DNA of 62,899 bases from an uncultured Clostridium sp. (GCA_930991035.1 CAKNRV010000005.1:1-62899); one strand, 5' to 3'. Counted from the stretch's first letter, positions 20,180-30,714 are shown. Program-made: numbers and translations. The notes: generated by a model not told the origin, from the sequence alone.

Positions 20180-20416
20180 TTATTCTGATACTATTCCAGC
20201 ATTTACTAGAACTTCTTGTAGGTATGTGTCAACATTTGCAACAGATTGCTCTGTGTATTTTGTATCATTTGCATAGAAATCTCTAGCTTGTTCAGAACGT
20301 TTAACTAATCCATTGTTCCCAAATGCAAATGATATTGATATGGTTGCTAATATAATTAATACAACGATTGTTATTACTAAAGCAACTAATGTAATACCTC
20401 TTTGATTCTTTAACAT
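20180..20416 (-). CDS. Short type IV pilin, probable major pilin
   Basis: QRG|ITLVALVITIVVLIILATI; strong AGGAGG RBS; 71-aa mature protein. Confidence 0.85.
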   Translation of the reverse strand: MLKNQRGITLVALVITIVVLIILATISISFAFGNNGLVKRSEQARDFYANDTKYTEQSVANVDTYLQEVLVNAGIVSE

Positions 20417-20506
20417 AAAAAATTCCTCCTTATAAATAAAATTTATTTTGTATATATCTATAAAAAATATAAATATAACCTAATTTTAATTTTGAACTAA
20501 ATATTA

Positions 20507-20932
20507 CTATTTAATTCCTTCTTCATTGAAAAATGTTCCTGTTGAATTTCTGTCCACATCATTTTGCTCATTTCCATTATTAGCATTTCCATTATTGGTG
20601 TTTCCACCATTGTTATTAGTATTAGTATCTGTATTATTTTGTGTTTCTGGCTCTAATAAGAATGGATTTACTTTTCCTTCTGTATAACTTCCACTTTGTT
20701 TATAAATATTCAAATCTGAATCTGTAATTTCGTAAGTAACTTCAATTTTTTCTGAAGATTTTATATTTTCATCTATTTCTGCTTTTACATTTTCTGATGT
20801 TACATACGCTTCTCTTGTTGGTACAGTTTGGTTGATTGGAATATATTCATAAAATATTATTCCAAGAATTAAAAGTATAGTCACACTCAAGAGTAATATA
20901 ATACAAATTTCTTTCAAAACTGATTTAACCAT
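20507..20932 (-). CDS. Pilus-associated membrane-anchored protein (PilP-position gene)
   Basis: Single N-terminal TM, GKVNPF motif, position after the pilO-like gene. Confidence 0.55.
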   Translation of the reverse strand: MVKSVLKEICIILLLSVTILLILGIIFYEYIPINQTVPTREAYVTSENVKAEIDENIKSSEKIEVTYEITDSDLNIYKQSGSYTEGKVNPFLLEPETQNNTDTNTNNNGGNTNNGNANNGNEQNDVDRNSTGTFFNEEGIK

Positions 20933-20947
20933 AATTACCTCCACATA

Positions 20948-21619
20948 TTATGATTGCGCACTTGTGTCTGTTGTTCCTTCTGTATTTGTAGTTGGGCCTG
21001 TTGTTGTATCTGTTGTATTATCAACTGTTGTTGTTGTTTGTTCTTGTCTTATTCTTATTCCCGTTACACTAAATGTTGCTTGTAAATTGTCTCCACTTGG
21101 TAACATATTAAAGTTTTCTATTCTAAATGCTAATTCGCTGTCATCTTCAATTGCTGAAATGAAATCCATTATTGCTACATATGCTCCATCTACTGTAAAA
21201 TCTATATTCTTTATGCTACTGTCTCCTGCATCTCCAGTTAAGATTTCCATCCTGATGTTTACTCCTTCATTTCTTGCATGTCTTCCAACTCTAAGCCACA
21301 AATATTCTGTTGTATATACTTCTTCTGTGCTTGCCTTATTAATTTCAGTCTCTGTACTTACATTTGCTAAATCGTAATAGTCTCCTTTGCTTTGTAGTAA
21401 TAATTGGACATTTTCTGACAACTCTGTTTTTTTGTTTTGCAAATCTTGTTTTATCTTTGTATTTGCTTCATTTATGCTTGCATTTAAATTATCATTTAAT
21501 TCTACAATCCCAGTTGCACTTAAAATTTGAAAAGATCCAATTGAAATTCCTTGAAATATAGTGAAAAATGCCAAAACAATTAATAGTATTAGTAAAATTG
21601 AAATTAAAATTTTTCTCAT
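20948..21619 (-). CDS. PilO-like alignment protein
   Basis: TM plus coiled coil plus FTVDGAYVAIMDFISAIE motif. Confidence 0.7.
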   Translation of the reverse strand: MRKILISILLILLIVLAFFTIFQGISIGSFQILSATGIVELNDNLNASINEANTKIKQDLQNKKTELSENVQLLLQSKGDYYDLANVSTETEINKASTEEVYTTEYLWLRVGRHARNEGVNIRMEILTGDAGDSSIKNIDFTVDGAYVAIMDFISAIEDDSELAFRIENFNMLPSGDNLQATFSVTGIRIRQEQTTTTVDNTTDTTTGPTTNTEGTTDTSAQS

Positions 21620-23235
21620 GGCAAATCCCCCTCTATTACAATCTTAACAAAATCGTCTTGTTTTTCTCCTTGTGATGAAACCACATTGTTTAAAATACCA
21701 TCTTCGCTTAATTTTGCTTTAAAATACCCTAGTTCGTCATAATATCTAGATTGAGCTCTAATAACAATGTGTCTTTCATTATTTGCTACTGTATTTTCTA
21801 TTTGAGTTATTTGAACATCTCTTGGAACAGATGTCATTATCTCCATTAACAAGTTTGGAATTGAACCTTTTAAACTTAAATCTGTCTCTAGCCTCTCATT
21901 TATGTCTGTTAGATTGTTTCTCATTTCAATATATTGGTTTGTTTTATTTTTTACAGCATTAATATCATTATCTGCTAATTGTATTTGTTGTTCAGTATAT
22001 GCTGATACTTCTTCTGCTTCTGCTATTTTTTCATTTATTCTACTGTCTAAATAAAATGCAAAACCAGAATACAACAAAGTCAATATCAATACTCCAGCAG
22101 CACCTCTCAATAGCCATTTTTCAGTTGCATCTAATCTTCCAGAAAGACTTAAATTAATTTTTTTGTTGCCTGTTTTTTCCTTTTTACCTAAGCTAACATC
22201 TAATTTCATCCAATCTGGTAATTGGTCTGATAAGGATGGCTTTTTAAAGTTCATATTTTTTATTCCATAATTTAATCCTTGCATCGCTATTGCTATTGCT
22301 GAGTTTACTTCTATATAATCTTTTATATTTATTTTTATATTTTCCGAAACGAAATATGGTTTTAATAGCTCACATTTTTCTAATTCAAAAAATTCTTGGA
22401 AGTACAAGTCTATATTATTTACAACTGACATTGTACCAGTAATATAAATTTTTTCGAATTTTATTGTACTATTTGTTACATACTCTTGTAATCGTTTTGC
22501 TATTTTATATAATGTAGGCATTATATAATCCAAGTATTCGTTTTCCTCGTCTTGTAGTTCTTTTCCCTCCATTGTATATATTGTAGAATTTTTGCAAATT
22601 TCGTAAGCTTTTGAATATGAATTTTCTTTGCTTGCTATTTTGCTTAAAATTTCGGCTGAACCTTCCTCCATTTTTTCTACATTATATATTTTTTGGTTTA
22701 CTATTGTTGTAAATGTTGTTTCATCTTCTATATTAACAATTATTATATTTTCTTTTGGTTTAATTGAAGCAATATTGGAAATACTAACGCCAAGTGGAGT
22801 AATAGTCGATACTTTGTATCCATTCATAGTTTGTAAAATTTTTGTTATTGAAGATTTATTAGTTGAAACGTGAATTACTTTTACTTTATCTTTGTCTTCT
22901 AGCTCATTGCATAACGCATATCTAGTTTCAAATGCATTTCTGTTTAGTTTTTTATCATAGCAAAAAGATTCAAATTCAGTATCAATTGCTTTTCTTAAGT
23001 CATTCTTATTTAAAAGACTAAACATATAAAAGTAGTTATACGCTTCTTCTGATAAGTTTACACTTATTGGAATATGGTAACTAAAAGTTTCTGAAACTAT
23101 TTGCTCAATTGCCTCTCCAATTTTGTCATAAAACTTTATTCCAAAAGACTCAATTTTTAATAGCTCGCGGTCTTTAGTTACTTTTGCATATTTAATTATA
23201 TTGCTTTCTATATATAATCCTAAACAACTTGCCAT
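21616..23235 (-). CDS. PilM-PilN-like fusion protein
   Basis: Actin-like N-terminus (LGLYIES, IYITG, AIAIAM), then TM, coiled coil and VPRDVQITQI PilN-like motif. Confidence 0.72.
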   Translation of the reverse strand: MASCLGLYIESNIIKYAKVTKDRELLKIESFGIKFYDKIGEAIEQIVSETFSYHIPISVNLSEEAYNYFYMFSLLNKNDLRKAIDTEFESFCYDKKLNRNAFETRYALCNELEDKDKVKVIHVSTNKSSITKILQTMNGYKVSTITPLGVSISNIASIKPKENIIIVNIEDETTFTTIVNQKIYNVEKMEEGSAEILSKIASKENSYSKAYEICKNSTIYTMEGKELQDEENEYLDYIMPTLYKIAKRLQEYVTNSTIKFEKIYITGTMSVVNNIDLYFQEFFELEKCELLKPYFVSENIKINIKDYIEVNSAIAIAMQGLNYGIKNMNFKKPSLSDQLPDWMKLDVSLGKKEKTGNKKINLSLSGRLDATEKWLLRGAAGVLILTLLYSGFAFYLDSRINEKIAEAEEVSAYTEQQIQLADNDINAVKNKTNQYIEMRNNLTDINERLETDLSLKGSIPNLLMEIMTSVPRDVQITQIENTVANNERHIVIRAQSRYYDELGYFKAKLSEDGILNNVVSSQGEKQDDFVKIVIEGDLP

Positions 23236-23486
23236 TTTATTCTCCTTCGTGTTTATTTGTACCATTATTATGTTTTACAAACTACAATAAATAATACTTG
23301 TATTTTTTTCCAATTTGTCATTTTTTTGTTTTTTATTGCTTTTTCTTTTAATATTTTATCTTTTTTTATAAAAAAGTCAATATGATTTTTAAGATTTAAT
23401 ATAAATGTAATATATTTGTAATATTTTTGTAACATTTTTGTTTTTTATTTGTTGTTTTTGAAATAAAAAAGTTATTGAAATATTTG

Positions 23487-23690
23487 TTACCATTCACATC
23501 TAATATTAAAATGCGAAGCAATGTTATTTTAAATTTTATGTTTCCGGCCCCCAACATCGTACAAACTGTAAATGTTCATTTCATTCACATAACAGTTTGT
23601 AAACTTGTCGGTCCCCACCTTAAGCACTCCAACATAAAATTTAAAATATACATTGCTCCGCTCAAAATATATACAGCAGTAAATATAATG
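23487..23690. repeat. Large inverted-repeat element bounded by GCGAAGCAATGT-family ends
   Basis: GCGAAGCAATGT-TATTTTAAATTTTATGTT ... AACATAAAATTTAAAATA-T-ACATTGCTCCGC, with inner TACAAACTGT/ACAGTTTGTA stem. Confidence 0.7.
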
Positions 23691-23700
23691 TTGTTATTTT

Positions 23701-24504
23701 TTAACGTACAAAAGCAACAATTAAAATGATTAGTCCAAAGATTACTCTGTAAATTGCAAAGCCTTTAAAGCTACCCTTGTGCAGATAGTTTAGTAACCAT
23801 TTTATTACTATAATGCCAACTATAAAACTTGCTAAAACTCCAACAAAGAACGGTAAACTAAATACAAAATCTTTTATTTTAAAGATTGTAGCTGCCAATA
23901 CTATTGGTGCAGATAGCATAAAAGAATATCTAGCTGCTGATTCTCTGTCAACTCCCATTGCTCTTCCTGTTGTCATTGTTATTCCAGATCTAGAAACACC
24001 AGGTATAAATGCTAAGCATTGTGAAAGACCTATTAAAAATGTTTGTTTGAATGACATTTTTTCATAAGTAGTATCTGACTTTGCATTTTTATCAACAAAG
24101 TATAAGATAATACCCATTACGATTAATGCAATTGCAATAATAACAGGTTGTTTTAAAGAATCTCCCACAAAAGTATCTAATAATAAGCCTATTATTCCTC
24201 CTGGTATTGTAGCAATGACAATATACCAAAACATTTTTCCTTCTGGAGTTTTTTTCTTTTTTACAACTTGGTTGAATCCTCCAACGATAAGACGAATCCA
24301 ATCTTTAAAGAAAAATAAAGCAATGGCTAAAAGTGTTCCAAAGTGTAATGCAACATCAAAGCCCTCAAATGCTGCAACAAAATTCGGATCATTGGTCCAA
24401 TTTAATAACCAAGGGATAATATCTAAGTGTCCAGAACTAGATATTGGTAATAATTCCGTAAGTCCCTGAATAATTCCTAAAATTAATGCTTGAAAAACTG
24501 ACAT
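23701..24504 (-). CDS. uppP: Undecaprenyl-diphosphatase
   Basis: QGLTELLPISSSGH and PGVSRSG motifs. Confidence 0.97.
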   Translation of the reverse strand: MSVFQALILGIIQGLTELLPISSSGHLDIIPWLLNWTNDPNFVAAFEGFDVALHFGTLLAIALFFFKDWIRLIVGGFNQVVKKKKTPEGKMFWYIVIATIPGGIIGLLLDTFVGDSLKQPVIIAIALIVMGIILYFVDKNAKSDTTYEKMSFKQTFLIGLSQCLAFIPGVSRSGITMTTGRAMGVDRESAARYSFMLSAPIVLAATIFKIKDFVFSLPFFVGVLASFIVGIIVIKWLLNYLHKGSFKGFAIYRVIFGLIILIVAFVR

Positions 24505-24624
24505 TTGTACTCTCCTTTTGTGTAAATTTAAGTTTTTAATGGTTTTACTTATAAACCTTCTAACGTTTTTTGATTATATCTCTATTTTTTCGTTTATGCA
24601 AGATTTTTTTAAACTTTTTAAATG

Positions 24625-24700
24625 TTCCATTACAGTTTACAGCTATTTTTTAAATATACATTGCTTCGCATTAAAGAATAGACCGTGGATTGCAACCTTG
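24625..24700 (-). repeat. GCGAAGCAATGT-family dispersed repeat
   Basis: Minus strand GCGAAGCAATGTATAT..TAGCTGTAAA, matching the copies at 27611 and 35146. Confidence 0.7.
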
Positions 24701-24712
24701 CAGTATAGTGGT

Positions 24713-25570
24713 TTATAATTTAACTACTTCCTTAATGTACTTGGCCGCTGTTTTAGGCATATCTTTTCCAGGAATTCCAAGTGCTGTAATAACTCTTATT
24801 TTATGTTTTTCTGCAGATTCTTTATCAATCCCTCCTGGGTTTGACGCAACATCTACAATTAACGCATCTTTTCTAAAAGACTTTATTTCTTTTTCTGTTA
24901 TAACAGTAGTAGGTACAGTATTAATTACAAAATCAAATTTATATCCAATTTTTTCAATTTGGTCATATTGTAGAGGTATACATCTTTTTTCTCGTATCCA
25001 AGTAAAGTCCGCTTCTTTTCGCGCCACACAATACACATTTGCTCCTAAGTCGTAAAATCTTTCGCATAATATTTTTCCAATTCTACCAAATCCACAGATT
25101 AAAACATTACTTTCAAAAATTGTTTCTTCTCTTTCTTGCAAAACTATTCTAATTGTTCCTTCTACCGTTGGGATAGCATTTAGTATTGTAAGTTTTTCAC
25201 TTTGTAACAAATCTACATTTTCTATTTGCTCCACATAAAACTCTTTTGGAATATTTCCAGCAATAAACCTTTTCTTATTTGGCTTGGCAATTAGCAATTC
25301 ATTTTTTAATTCTTCAAGTCCATTTTTTTGTTTTGTAAAAGGTGCATTAATATATACTTTGTCTTTTGATAACGGTACACCGCTTATTATAATATCTGAC
25401 TTCTCAATGCATTCTTTTAATGTATTGCATACAAAAATATTGGTATCATTTTTCTCATTAGTTTGAAAATAATCTTCTAATCCATAAACATAAACAAGCT
25501 TACCTTCATTTGCATACATCTCTGCTAATCTAACAATTCTTAAATCTCCACCAACAATTGAAATATTCAT
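24713..25570 (-). CDS. dpaA: Dipicolinate synthase subunit A (SpoVFA)
   Basis: IVGGDLR, NAIPTVEG, GFGRIG, DVASNPGG and LGIPGK motifs. Confidence 0.88.
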   Translation of the reverse strand: MNISIVGGDLRIVRLAEMYANEGKLVYVYGLEDYFQTNEKNDTNIFVCNTLKECIEKSDIIISGVPLSKDKVYINAPFTKQKNGLEELKNELLIAKPNKKRFIAGNIPKEFYVEQIENVDLLQSEKLTILNAIPTVEGTIRIVLQEREETIFESNVLICGFGRIGKILCERFYDLGANVYCVARKEADFTWIREKRCIPLQYDQIEKIGYKFDFVINTVPTTVITEKEIKSFRKDALIVDVASNPGGIDKESAEKHKIRVITALGIPGKDMPKTAAKYIKEVVKL

Positions 25571-25768
25571 ATTTTTTCCTTTCCTAGGTGTAACTAAATA
25601 CATCCTAATACAATTAATTTCATTATTAATTATATTAGGATGTATTGCATTTTATTATTTACTTTTTTAGTCATTCATATAGTTTAATTATGTTTTTTGG
25701 AGTAATGTATATGTTATATAATATATATTACTCCGCTTTTTATAATTAACTCTGAGCTAAACTTTATA

Positions 25769-26977
25769 TTAATTTTCTCGTTGTTTTTCTTCTTTTTCTT
25801 GTTCCTTTTCTTTTAAATTTATCATTACATTAACGTCGTCATTATTCAAACTGCTTATTAATGAACAAGTTTTAGATAAATGGTTTAATGCTTTTCTTTC
25901 TTTCAAAAGTAGTCTTGTTTTCTTTTTTTCTTTTTTTAATTCTGCACTTGGTTTTCTAATTTCATTTTTTATCGGTGTAAAGACTGTTTCTTTTTGAACT
26001 TTGTCATATATTTTAGAATCTAACTCGACTGCAATATTCATATAATTTGTTGCTTTTTCTTTATCACCTTTTAAAATAGCAACTTGTGCTAGGTAGTAAT
26101 ATGAACCTGCTTCTACATCTTCTCCTTTTACACTTTCCTTAAAGTATTTTTCAGCTTCGTCCAAATCACCTGCAATTAGTGCAATTTGACCCAAACTTAG
26201 TTTAGCATTGTATAACAGCGAATTGATTTCCGCGGCTTTTTGATAAAACTCTTTCGCTCTTTGAAAATCATTTACCATTGTATACACCATACCCAAATTA
26301 TAATATAAATCATAATTGCCTGGGTTATATCTTAATGCATTCATATACACATTTATTGCTTCTTTATATCTTTCATTAGAGTATAAAATTTCTCCTAATA
26401 AATTAGTTGCATCATAATACTCTGGCTTTTTCTTTAAAATATCTTGAAGCATTGTAATAGCCTCTTCTGGTCTTTCGTCTTTGTTTAAAAGTCTGGCTAT
26501 ATTATAATTTAATTTTATATCTTTATTATTTATCTCTGTTGCACGTATATACTCGTCAACTGCAATCGAGTATTTTTCTTCCTTTTCATATACTTCTGCT
26601 AGAGTTTTATGCCCAAAATAGCTATGAGGATACTTATTTATTAACTTAAATAGATAATTTTTTGCTTGTTCTGTATTTCCTGCATTTAATGCAATTTTTG
26701 CTAACACAATGTTTAGCATTTCTGGAAAATCTATATTTTTCTTTTTTTCTATTATTAGAATTACTCCAGGAATTATTACAGATAGTATGTACATTAAAAT
26801 TCTAAAAAATAGATTAAAATGCATACTAAAAATTAGTTCTATAAAATTTATTACAATTCCTATAAATTGTAAGCCCAATATATATACATAACTTGTATCA
26901 TTTTTTTTGATTAGTCTTGCAAATACAATTATAAACAGCGCAAAAGCCAATAAATTAAAAATAATTTTTTCAACCAA
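25769..26977 (-). CDS. Membrane-anchored tetratricopeptide repeat protein
   Basis: Three N-terminal TMs followed by TPRs (e.g. YYNLGMVY..A..FYQKA); probable TTG start overlapping the ppa stop. Confidence 0.85.
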   Translation of the reverse strand: MVEKIIFNLLAFALFIIVFARLIKKNDTSYVYILGLQFIGIVINFIELIFSMHFNLFFRILMYILSVIIPGVILIIEKKKNIDFPEMLNIVLAKIALNAGNTEQAKNYLFKLINKYPHSYFGHKTLAEVYEKEEKYSIAVDEYIRATEINNKDIKLNYNIARLLNKDERPEEAITMLQDILKKKPEYYDATNLLGEILYSNERYKEAINVYMNALRYNPGNYDLYYNLGMVYTMVNDFQRAKEFYQKAAEINSLLYNAKLSLGQIALIAGDLDEAEKYFKESVKGEDVEAGSYYYLAQVAILKGDKEKATNYMNIAVELDSKIYDKVQKETVFTPIKNEIRKPSAELKKEKKKTRLLLKERKALNHLSKTCSLISSLNNDDVNVMINLKEKEQEKEEKQREN

Positions 26978-27512
26978 TTTTGTCACCGCCGAACTTTTCT
27001 TCATACACTCTTATGCATTTTTCTATAATTCTTTCTGCATCTTCTTTGCCTAACATCCTATCTACTGTTGTTGTTTTTCCTTCTAATTGTTTATATACCT
27101 CAAAAAAATGCTTTATTTCGTCAGATATATGGTTTGGAAGTGCTGATATATCATTATATCCATTTAAATATGGGTCTTTTTTAGAAATTGCGATTATTTT
27201 TTCATCTTCTTCTCCACTATCATTCATAATTAAAACTCCAATTGGATAACATTCAACAAGAGTAAGTGGTACAATTTGCTCATTGCATAAAATTAAAACA
27301 TCTAATGGGTCATTATCTTCTGCATATGTACGTGGTATAAATCCATAATTAGTTGGATAATGTGTTGCTGTATATAATACTCTGTCTAATTTTAGCATAC
27401 CTGTTTCTTTATCCAATTCGTACTTAACTTCCCCACCTTTTGGTATTTCTACTACTCCTACAAAATCATTTTTTGTTATTCTTTCTTTACTTATATCGTG
27501 CCAAATATTCAT
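26970..27512 (-). CDS. ppa: Inorganic pyrophosphatase (family I)
   Basis: KYELDK, NYGFIP, DNDPLD and HFFEVYK motifs. Confidence 0.96.
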   Translation of the reverse strand: MNIWHDISKERITKNDFVGVVEIPKGGEVKYELDKETGMLKLDRVLYTATHYPTNYGFIPRTYAEDNDPLDVLILCNEQIVPLTLVECYPIGVLIMNDSGEEDEKIIAISKKDPYLNGYNDISALPNHISDEIKHFFEVYKQLEGKTTTVDRMLGKEDAERIIEKCIRVYEEKFGGDKIG

Positions 27513-27610
27513 TTTTCCTCATTCCTTTATAATAGTCTCCCAATATTTTAATTTAATTTTGTTATTTTGTCTAGTATGTTGACAAAGAATTAATCAAATA
27601 CTTTAAAAAA

Positions 27611-27676
27611 TTGTTACAATTCACTGCTGTAAATATATCGGGCGAAGCAATGTATTATTAGCTGTAAATAGTAACA
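27611..27676 (+). repeat. GCGAAGCAATGT-family dispersed repeat with TGTTAC/GTAACA ends
   Basis: Near-identical ~50-nt core to 35146-35200. Confidence 0.78.
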
Positions 27677-27682
27677 CACACA

Positions 27683-27715
27683 AACAAGCAATACCACATT
27701 GTGATATTGCTTGTT
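27683..27715 (-). terminator. Hairpin terminator
   Basis: AACAAGCAATA..TATTGCTTGTT. Confidence 0.6.
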
Positions 27716-27720
27716 CTGCA

Positions 27721-28107
27721 TCAATTATTTACATTTGCATCAATCAAAATAGGCAATGATTTTGGTAAATCTCTTGGCAATACACCATTACAGATAGAAC
27801 TAAATTCTTCTATATTTTTATTATATAGTCTTGCAAACTGATTTGCCTCTTGCTTTGCCTTTTCAGTAAGTTCTTGCAAGAGTTTATCTTCTCCTCCTGC
27901 AATATTGTTATATAGATTAATGTATTCATTATACTTTTCTAGATAAAACCGAACTAAATTGTTTGTTTTTCTTTTTCTTTCTAATTTACGTTCATACTCG
28001 CTATCATTGTTAAGACGTCTTTCTTCAGACAACTTTCCCCATACAACTACTGCAAGCATTATTACAGTAATTAAAAAAACAATGCAAAAAATGATACAAA
28101 TTTCCAT
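27721..28107 (-). CDS. Hypothetical membrane-anchored helical protein (weakly LemA-like)
   Basis: GGAGG RBS, N-terminal TM, YN..I..YN repeats. Confidence 0.6.
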   Translation of the reverse strand: MEICIIFCIVFLITVIMLAVVVWGKLSEERRLNNDSEYERKLERKRKTNNLVRFYLEKYNEYINLYNNIAGGEDKLLQELTEKAKQEANQFARLYNKNIEEFSSICNGVLPRDLPKSLPILIDANVNN

Positions 28108-28277
28108 AAAGCTACCTCCATTTGTGTCGAGCTGTGGATTGCGTACGGTGACAAACCTTGCCACTGCACCTATTATAGCACATTTTTGCACTTATGGCAA
28201 TATGAAGATAACGTGTTGTTCTAAATAGTACCTATTTCTCATTTTGTCTTCAGCAAGTAGCGCGATAAGACCCGTCT

Positions 28278-30623
28278 CTAATGTGTCATTCTTTCTTCTG
28301 CTTTTTTTACTGCTTCTCTCTCGTCCCAATAATATTGTACGCCTTTTATTTCTTGGTATTGTTCGTGACCTTTGCCAATTAAAAGTATAATGTCTCCTTC
28401 TTGTGCGTTTTTCATTGCGTACTCTATTGCTTCTTGTCTATCATTTATAATAATATATTTTCCATTGCTTTTATTTAATCCTACTATTATATCATTATTG
28501 ATTGACTCCATATCTTCAAACCTAGGGTTGTCCTCTGTAAGAATTGTAAGTCCTGCATATTTTCCAGAGATTTCGCCCATATCATATCTTCTTGATTTTG
28601 CACGGTTTCCTCCACCACCAAATATGCAAACAATTCTTTTTGGTTTATATTCCATTATTGTTTCCATTAGGTTTGTCATTTCGTCTTCGTTATGAGCATA
28701 GTCTATTATTAGTTTATATGTTTCGTTTGAAACAGCAAGTTCCATTCTTCCTTTTACTGAAGCTTTTCTTAGTGCTCTTTTCATTGCATCTGGAGCTATT
28801 TTTAGCTCGTTTGCAATTGTTATTGCACATAGCGCATTGTATACAGAAAATCTACCTGGTATTGCAACTTCAAATGAATCATTTAATTTGCCTTTTACAT
28901 CAAATCCCATTCCTAAGAAGTCTTTTGTCATAATAAATTGTACATTTTCCGCCTTCATATCTACATTTTGTGAGTTTAATCCAAACTTCATTAGTTTGCA
29001 AGTATGGTTTTTAGTTACATTTTCCCAATTTACATCATCAGCATTTACTATACCAACTTTGCATTTTTGGAATAATAAACTTTTGCAATATAAATATTCT
29101 TCAAAGCTTTCGTGCTCATTTGGTCCAATGTGCTCATTTGAAATATTTGTAAACACACCATAATCAAATGTAAAGCCGTCTACTCTATGCATTTTTAGTC
29201 CTTGAGAAGATACTTCCATTATTGCATATTTGCAACCTTTTTCTACCATCTCGCTAAATAATCTTTGTATTTCGTAATTTTCTGGTGTTGTATTATGAAG
29301 TGTTATTTTTGTTTGGTCTATAAATGCACCTATTGTTCCAATTAAACCTACTTTGTTACCAGCTTCTTCTAACATTTTTTTCAATATTGTTGTAGTAGAA
29401 GTTTTGCCAGCAGTTCCTGTAACACCTATTGTAATTAGTTTTTCAGCTGGGTGGTCAAAGTATGAAGCAGATATATCTGCCATTGCTTCCCTAGAAGATT
29501 TTACTTTTATTACTGTAACATCTTCTGGTATATCAGTATCTTGCTCTATTACAATTGCTTTTGCTCCTTTTTTTATTGCATCTGGTATAAATTTGTGTGA
29601 GTTAGAGCTTGTTCCTATTTTTGCAATATATAAGTCATTTTCTTCTATTTTTCTTGAGTCGTCTTTAACATCTGCAATATCTACATCAAGGCTTCCTTTT
29701 ACCAACTCATAATCCACATTTTCTAATAATTTTGTTAATTTTTTTACTCTATTTGCTTTTTTATTTATTATATTGTCTACATCAATTTCTGACTCAAACA
29801 CTGTATGTGATGGACCTTTCATAAACATAGTGCCTGTTGCCTCGTCCCAGTTTGTTTCTAGTATTCCACCAATTTGATGTACTTTTACTTTTCTATCACA
29901 TCTTCCTGTTAGCACTGCCGCAACAGTTGCTGTACAGCTTCCTGTTCCACATCCTATTGTTTCTCCTGTTCCTCTTTCCCATTCTCTCATTCTTATATTA
30001 TTTCTATCAATTACTTGTGCAAATGTTACATTAGTTTTGTTTGGGAATAAATCTGTTTTGTACTCAATTGCTTTTCCATACTTTTCAACATCAAAATCCG
30101 AAAGATTTTCTTCTGGTTCTAAGAACATTACGCAATGTGGATTTCCCCAAGACACAGCTGTTATTTTAAATGTTCTATCTAATACTTTTACATCTTGCTC
30201 TATAAATTCTGGCAAGTTTGTATTTACAGGTATTTTTCTAGTATCTAATACTGGTTTTCCAATATTTGCTTCTATATTTACTGCTTTTCCATTTTCTACT
30301 GTTAATTTTACTTTTTGAATTCCTCCAAGTGTCTCTATTGTTAGTTCTTCTTTATTTGTCAATTTGTGGTCATATACGTATTTACTTAAACTGCGTAATG
30401 CATTGCCACACATTTCCCCTTCAGTTCCATCTGGGTTAAACATACGCATTCTAAAATCTGCTACATCTGATTTGCAAATTAGCACAAGTCCATCTGAGCC
30501 TATTCCAAAATGTCTATTACTTACGTATTTTGCAAGTTCATTAACATTATCTATTTTTTGATTTATTGCATCTATATATACATAATCATTGCCATAAGCT
30601 TGCATTTTAGTAAATTTCGTCAT
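28278..30623 (-). CDS. Fused diaminopimelate epimerase / UDP-MurNAc-tripeptide synthetase (DapF-MurE)
   Basis: N-terminal ~285 aa: GNDY, EMCGNALR, GNPH, ERGTGET.GCGTG (DapF). C-terminal: GVTGTAGKT, MEVSSQ, DYAHN, EDNPR, GKGHE (MurE). Confidence 0.95.
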   Translation of the reverse strand: MTKFTKMQAYGNDYVYIDAINQKIDNVNELAKYVSNRHFGIGSDGLVLICKSDVADFRMRMFNPDGTEGEMCGNALRSLSKYVYDHKLTNKEELTIETLGGIQKVKLTVENGKAVNIEANIGKPVLDTRKIPVNTNLPEFIEQDVKVLDRTFKITAVSWGNPHCVMFLEPEENLSDFDVEKYGKAIEYKTDLFPNKTNVTFAQVIDRNNIRMREWERGTGETIGCGTGSCTATVAAVLTGRCDRKVKVHQIGGILETNWDEATGTMFMKGPSHTVFESEIDVDNIINKKANRVKKLTKLLENVDYELVKGSLDVDIADVKDDSRKIEENDLYIAKIGTSSNSHKFIPDAIKKGAKAIVIEQDTDIPEDVTVIKVKSSREAMADISASYFDHPAEKLITIGVTGTAGKTSTTTILKKMLEEAGNKVGLIGTIGAFIDQTKITLHNTTPENYEIQRLFSEMVEKGCKYAIMEVSSQGLKMHRVDGFTFDYGVFTNISNEHIGPNEHESFEEYLYCKSLLFQKCKVGIVNADDVNWENVTKNHTCKLMKFGLNSQNVDMKAENVQFIMTKDFLGMGFDVKGKLNDSFEVAIPGRFSVYNALCAITIANELKIAPDAMKRALRKASVKGRMELAVSNETYKLIIDYAHNEDEMTNLMETIMEYKPKRIVCIFGGGGNRAKSRRYDMGEISGKYAGLTILTEDNPRFEDMESINNDIIVGLNKSNGKYIIINDRQEAIEYAMKNAQEGDIILLIGKGHEQYQEIKGVQYYWDEREAVKKAEERMTH

Positions 30624-30714
30624 AATGCTTCTCCTCTCTTATTTTTAAAGATGCATAGTTATGAAAATAGTTCTTTCATAACTATGCCTTTAATTTTTTT
30701 ATTTAACTTTGTTA

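Noticed and set aside
20955-21045. GTT/ACA-rich tract as a possible DGR template repeat
   Set aside because: It encodes the Thr-rich tail of the PilO-like protein and has no similarity to the VR scaffold.
23530-23645. 6S or SRP RNA
   Set aside because: No SRP GGAA/AGCAG motif; the ends belong to a dispersed repeat family. A 6S-like RNA cannot be fully excluded without a covariance search.
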